Part shown: piece after piece, positions 19,615-22,356 of the stretch | Numbering within the stretch: the stretch's first letter is position 1 | How the letters are laid out: every line of letters starts with the position of its first letter | Program-made: the position numbers and the translations under genes | Notes under the pieces: generated by a model | What the model was told of the DNA's origin: nothing | Databases searched by the model: none | What the model saw: only the letters and a program-made list of their open reading frames with translations | NCBI GenBank assembly: GCA_002245135.1 | Contig: NGBS01000299.1 | Location: 186,001 to 208,356 of the forward strand | From: Proteromonas lacertae | Lineage: Eukaryota | Direction of reading: 5' to 3' | Length of the DNA: 22,356 bases

Positions 19615-21164
19615 TTAACAAAATATTAGAATACTACTGACAATAGAATAAATTCCAAATATAATTCCCAATAATAGCACAACTACTGCTTCATAGAATA
19701 AAATTTTTGATATATTTTCATACCCTTTCCAATAAAGTTTCACAATTCCACCAGCTGGAAGAATAAATCCAATTATTGCACTTGGCAATCCACCACATAA
19801 TGAAAATACTACTTCAATCTTACTATAGAATAAAGCAATCAATAAAGATGCTAAATATAATATAAATATAATATATTCATAATAGTATACAAACACATAA
19901 CACCAATGTAACAACAACCTCAAATATTTTTATTTTCTTCTTATAAGCTTCATTGTCATTATTATTCTCACCAAAGACAATTGTTCTAAATGTATATCTC
20001 AATGGTATTACATTCAATGGATAACAAAATATAGTAGTAAATCCCATGCTTATATAAGCAATACTAAGAAATATTGATAAATAGAGTGGTTGGACATTTC
20101 TATCTGATGTTATTACTAATGTATCAAGAATATTTCCAGGAGTATTAATAGGAGATGCAATATAACCAAATACACCACCTACTGTGTATAATACTAGACA
20201 GATTAAAGCACAATAGAAATTTACTACTTTCATAGCTATTTAAATAAAATGAATTGAATAAATATACTCGATTCAGTTGGAACTGTCAAATCAGAATGAA
20301 TTGGATAAATATTAGTTTGGAATACATATGAGAATAGAATAATTGATAAAGATTCAAATATTCCTTGATTAAATTCGAATGATTTGAGATGTTTGACATG
20401 TTCACTAATGTTATTAGCACATGCATATATCATTGTAACTAATGAGAATATAATACATCCAACTAATGATAGAAATGATGTGAAAGTTAATTCACTTGTT
20501 TTATCATATAAAGATAGAGGAACAATAATGAACAACCATAATGCTGATGTAACGAATTCTCTATTCATCCATTTTACTTGCTTCTCAAGAACACTAATGA
20601 TAGGAGACATAAGAGCACCGACATTTATAATATAAGCAATACATGCGCCATATAAGATAATCACAAAACTTATGTTCAGCATATATAACCCAACATTTCC
20701 AAACAAGTATTTCTACAATATATTCACGACTAAATAAATCATACTGAAGCATCTTCAAAAGATCGTGACATAGTAACAAGCCTTGTCCTCAGCATCATAT
20801 TTGTAGAGACAATAGCAAAAACTAGTCCAAATAAATTAATTAAAGTCCTAGACCAACTCCAGATGTGTAATAGACATTATGGAATGGATAATATACTAGG
20901 TCCTAATGCATCTCCACATAAATTAAATACAGCCGATACAATACCACCTCTTTTAAATCCTACACAACATATTTTACCTCCCGATTCACCTAAATCAGTA
21001 ATTATTCTAAATAAGTATTTATACGATAAGTAGTAGCTCTTGAAGCTGTTAGAATATTGTCAGTATCCTTCAGTTTTTCAATCTTAATTCCATCACAAAT
21101 ATCGTTATCTAGATCAAAACATCTATTTTCAATAGCAAATATAAAAATAATACTCTTCACTCAT
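19615..21164 (-). CDS. Amino acid transporter, Aa_trans/AAAP (SLC38-like) family, ~459 aa; in-frame stop from an apparent +1/-1 indel pair
   Basis: Minus-strand exons: 21164-21154, 21122-21025, 20989-20745, 20712-20268, 20235-19891, 19850-19615. GT-AG introns are 31, 35, 32, 32 and 40 nt. Motifs: 'SAVFNL...LGPSILSIP', 'IVPLSLY...ELTFTSFLS', 'LFSYVFQTNIYPIHSDL', 'GGVFGY', 'YPLNVIPLR' and 'IGFILP'. TAA is in frame at 20879-20877. A possible further upstream ATG at 21268 is reachable via intron 21247-21183. Confidence 0.85.
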
Positions 21165-21396
21165 TGTAGATGAATTGTGTTCCTAAAATAAAATAAGTAG
21201 GTTTGATTTAATCAAGCTGATTTGAAAATCATTTTTCTTTTTTATACATGGTAAACCAACGTAGTCATTTTAAATTGATTAATGTACATTTATTAGTCAT
21301 TTATCCATCTTTTACAGTGTAATACAATATCAAAAACAATAAATGAATAACAAATTTTACTTTAATTAAATACACATTAATTTATCAATATTATAA

Positions 21397-22356
21397 TCAG
21401 TATAAATTACCAATATACTCTATTTTATCTGAATTAAAAGAATGTTCTCTTTGTGTTGATAAAGGACTTAGTGGAGTTGATCTATCACATTCTACTCCTC
21501 TTCCATATGTCAATTTGTGTAACCTCAGCGATGAATGTTGTCCATTCCTTAACTGAGATTTTGAAGTATTTGAGGATGTTCTATTAATCCTAACACTATA
21601 TCCATATCTTTGTCTTATTCCAAACAATAAATCTTCCACATTTCTCTTATGATAAAAAGGACAGTAGTTATAATAATATTTAGGTGGATAATCACTAAAC
21701 ATTGATCTTTGAAATGATTCACAACAACTCTCTTTTGGCTGAATTAATTCTTCTTCATTCGTAAATTTACTATAATATGCCATTTTCTTTTTTATTATTG
21801 TGTATAATTCTTTTTTATTATTTGTGATATAATTTGTGTTTTTAATGAAAAAGAACATTATATAAAATTGGTTCTTTCAAATAAATGACGTAAAATCAGA
21901 TAATTGGTAATTACCATGACCATCATTCTGAAAAGTCTTCATAACATCAGTTAAATAATTGATTTGATCTGTTGTAGGTTTTAACATATATAAAAACTTT
22001 AACATTTGTTCCTAGTATTTATATAACACTATACAAATGTATACTGCTGTTATCAGTCGGTTACTCTTGACATTTGAAATTGTAAATAACAAAGGAAGAA
22101 TTTGTTCAGCAGTGAAGAAAACAAATGTGCAGACAAATTCAATAAAACTAGTCATACTCACTCTACCACCAAATGGTTTAAAATATTCCTGAAATATGGG
22201 AATATCTGTTGAACCTAATCTAAACAACAACGAATTACCTCCAATGTCATTTTTTGATGTGTTCTCTGACCATAACTTTAAATAAAATGATTGCCATTCA
22301 GATACTTCATAATTATTTGCTAATTGAACATAAAATATATTTCTTTTATACCATAA
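21397..22356 (-). CDS. Hypothetical protein, 5'-truncated by the window edge, possibly with degenerate EF-hand-like helices; in-frame TGA / probable indels
   Basis: The frame is open from the window end through ORF 22012..22230. A 33-nt GT-AG intron (22044-22012) leads into EQMLKFLYML...DGHGNYQLSDFTSFI, then TGA (21879-21877), then the same frame continues into ORF 21397..21858. The 3' end is uncertain. Confidence 0.55.

Noticed and set aside
20384..20779. ORFs 20384..20635 (+) and 20594..20779 (-)
   Set aside because: Antisense or off-frame to the amino acid transporter exons.
1..22356. Alternative nuclear genetic code (stop-codon reassignment)
   Set aside because: Multi-kb ORFs contain no internal stops, and TAA and TAG terminate genes normally. 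The few internal stops coincide with apparent indels.
1..22356. Genes lacking a genomic stop codon (stop created only by polyadenylation)
   Set aside because: Every gene model here has a plausible encoded stop. Only the last gene's 3' end is uncertain.

Overview
A very AT-rich, gene-dense eukaryotic (protist) window with tiny spliceosomal introns, mostly 24-45 nt and GT...AG. The ORF track therefore fragments most genes. By hand-splicing I reconstruct nine protein-coding genes: (1) a 5'-truncated class C (7tm_3, GABA-B/Grl-like) GPCR; (2) a type-I membrane mucin-like protein with a higher-order tandem repeat; (3) a LITAF zinc-ribbon gene on the minus strand that is absent from the ORF track; (4) a giant (~2,890 aa) ARM/HEAT solenoid; (5) a nitroreductase; (6) a membrane-anchored metzincin (M11/gametolysin-like) peptidase with an intron-free CDS; (7) exosome subunit RRP43; (8) an Aa_trans (AAAP/SLC38-like) transporter; (9) a 5'-truncated hypothetical gene. 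Intron size and gene density resemble Blastocystis/Proteromonas-type gut stramenopiles, which is an inference only. The best candidate for something unusual is in the LITAF gene. Without invoking a sequence error, it is only in frame if a ~50-nt U12-type (minor spliceosomal) intron is removed; this intron starts ATATCTTT, ends in non-canonical AG or AA, and contains a perfect 18-bp palindrome. Four genes also carry single-base frame disruptions, most likely long-read consensus errors, though recoding is not excluded. I saw no tRNA, rRNA, CRISPR array or transposon.
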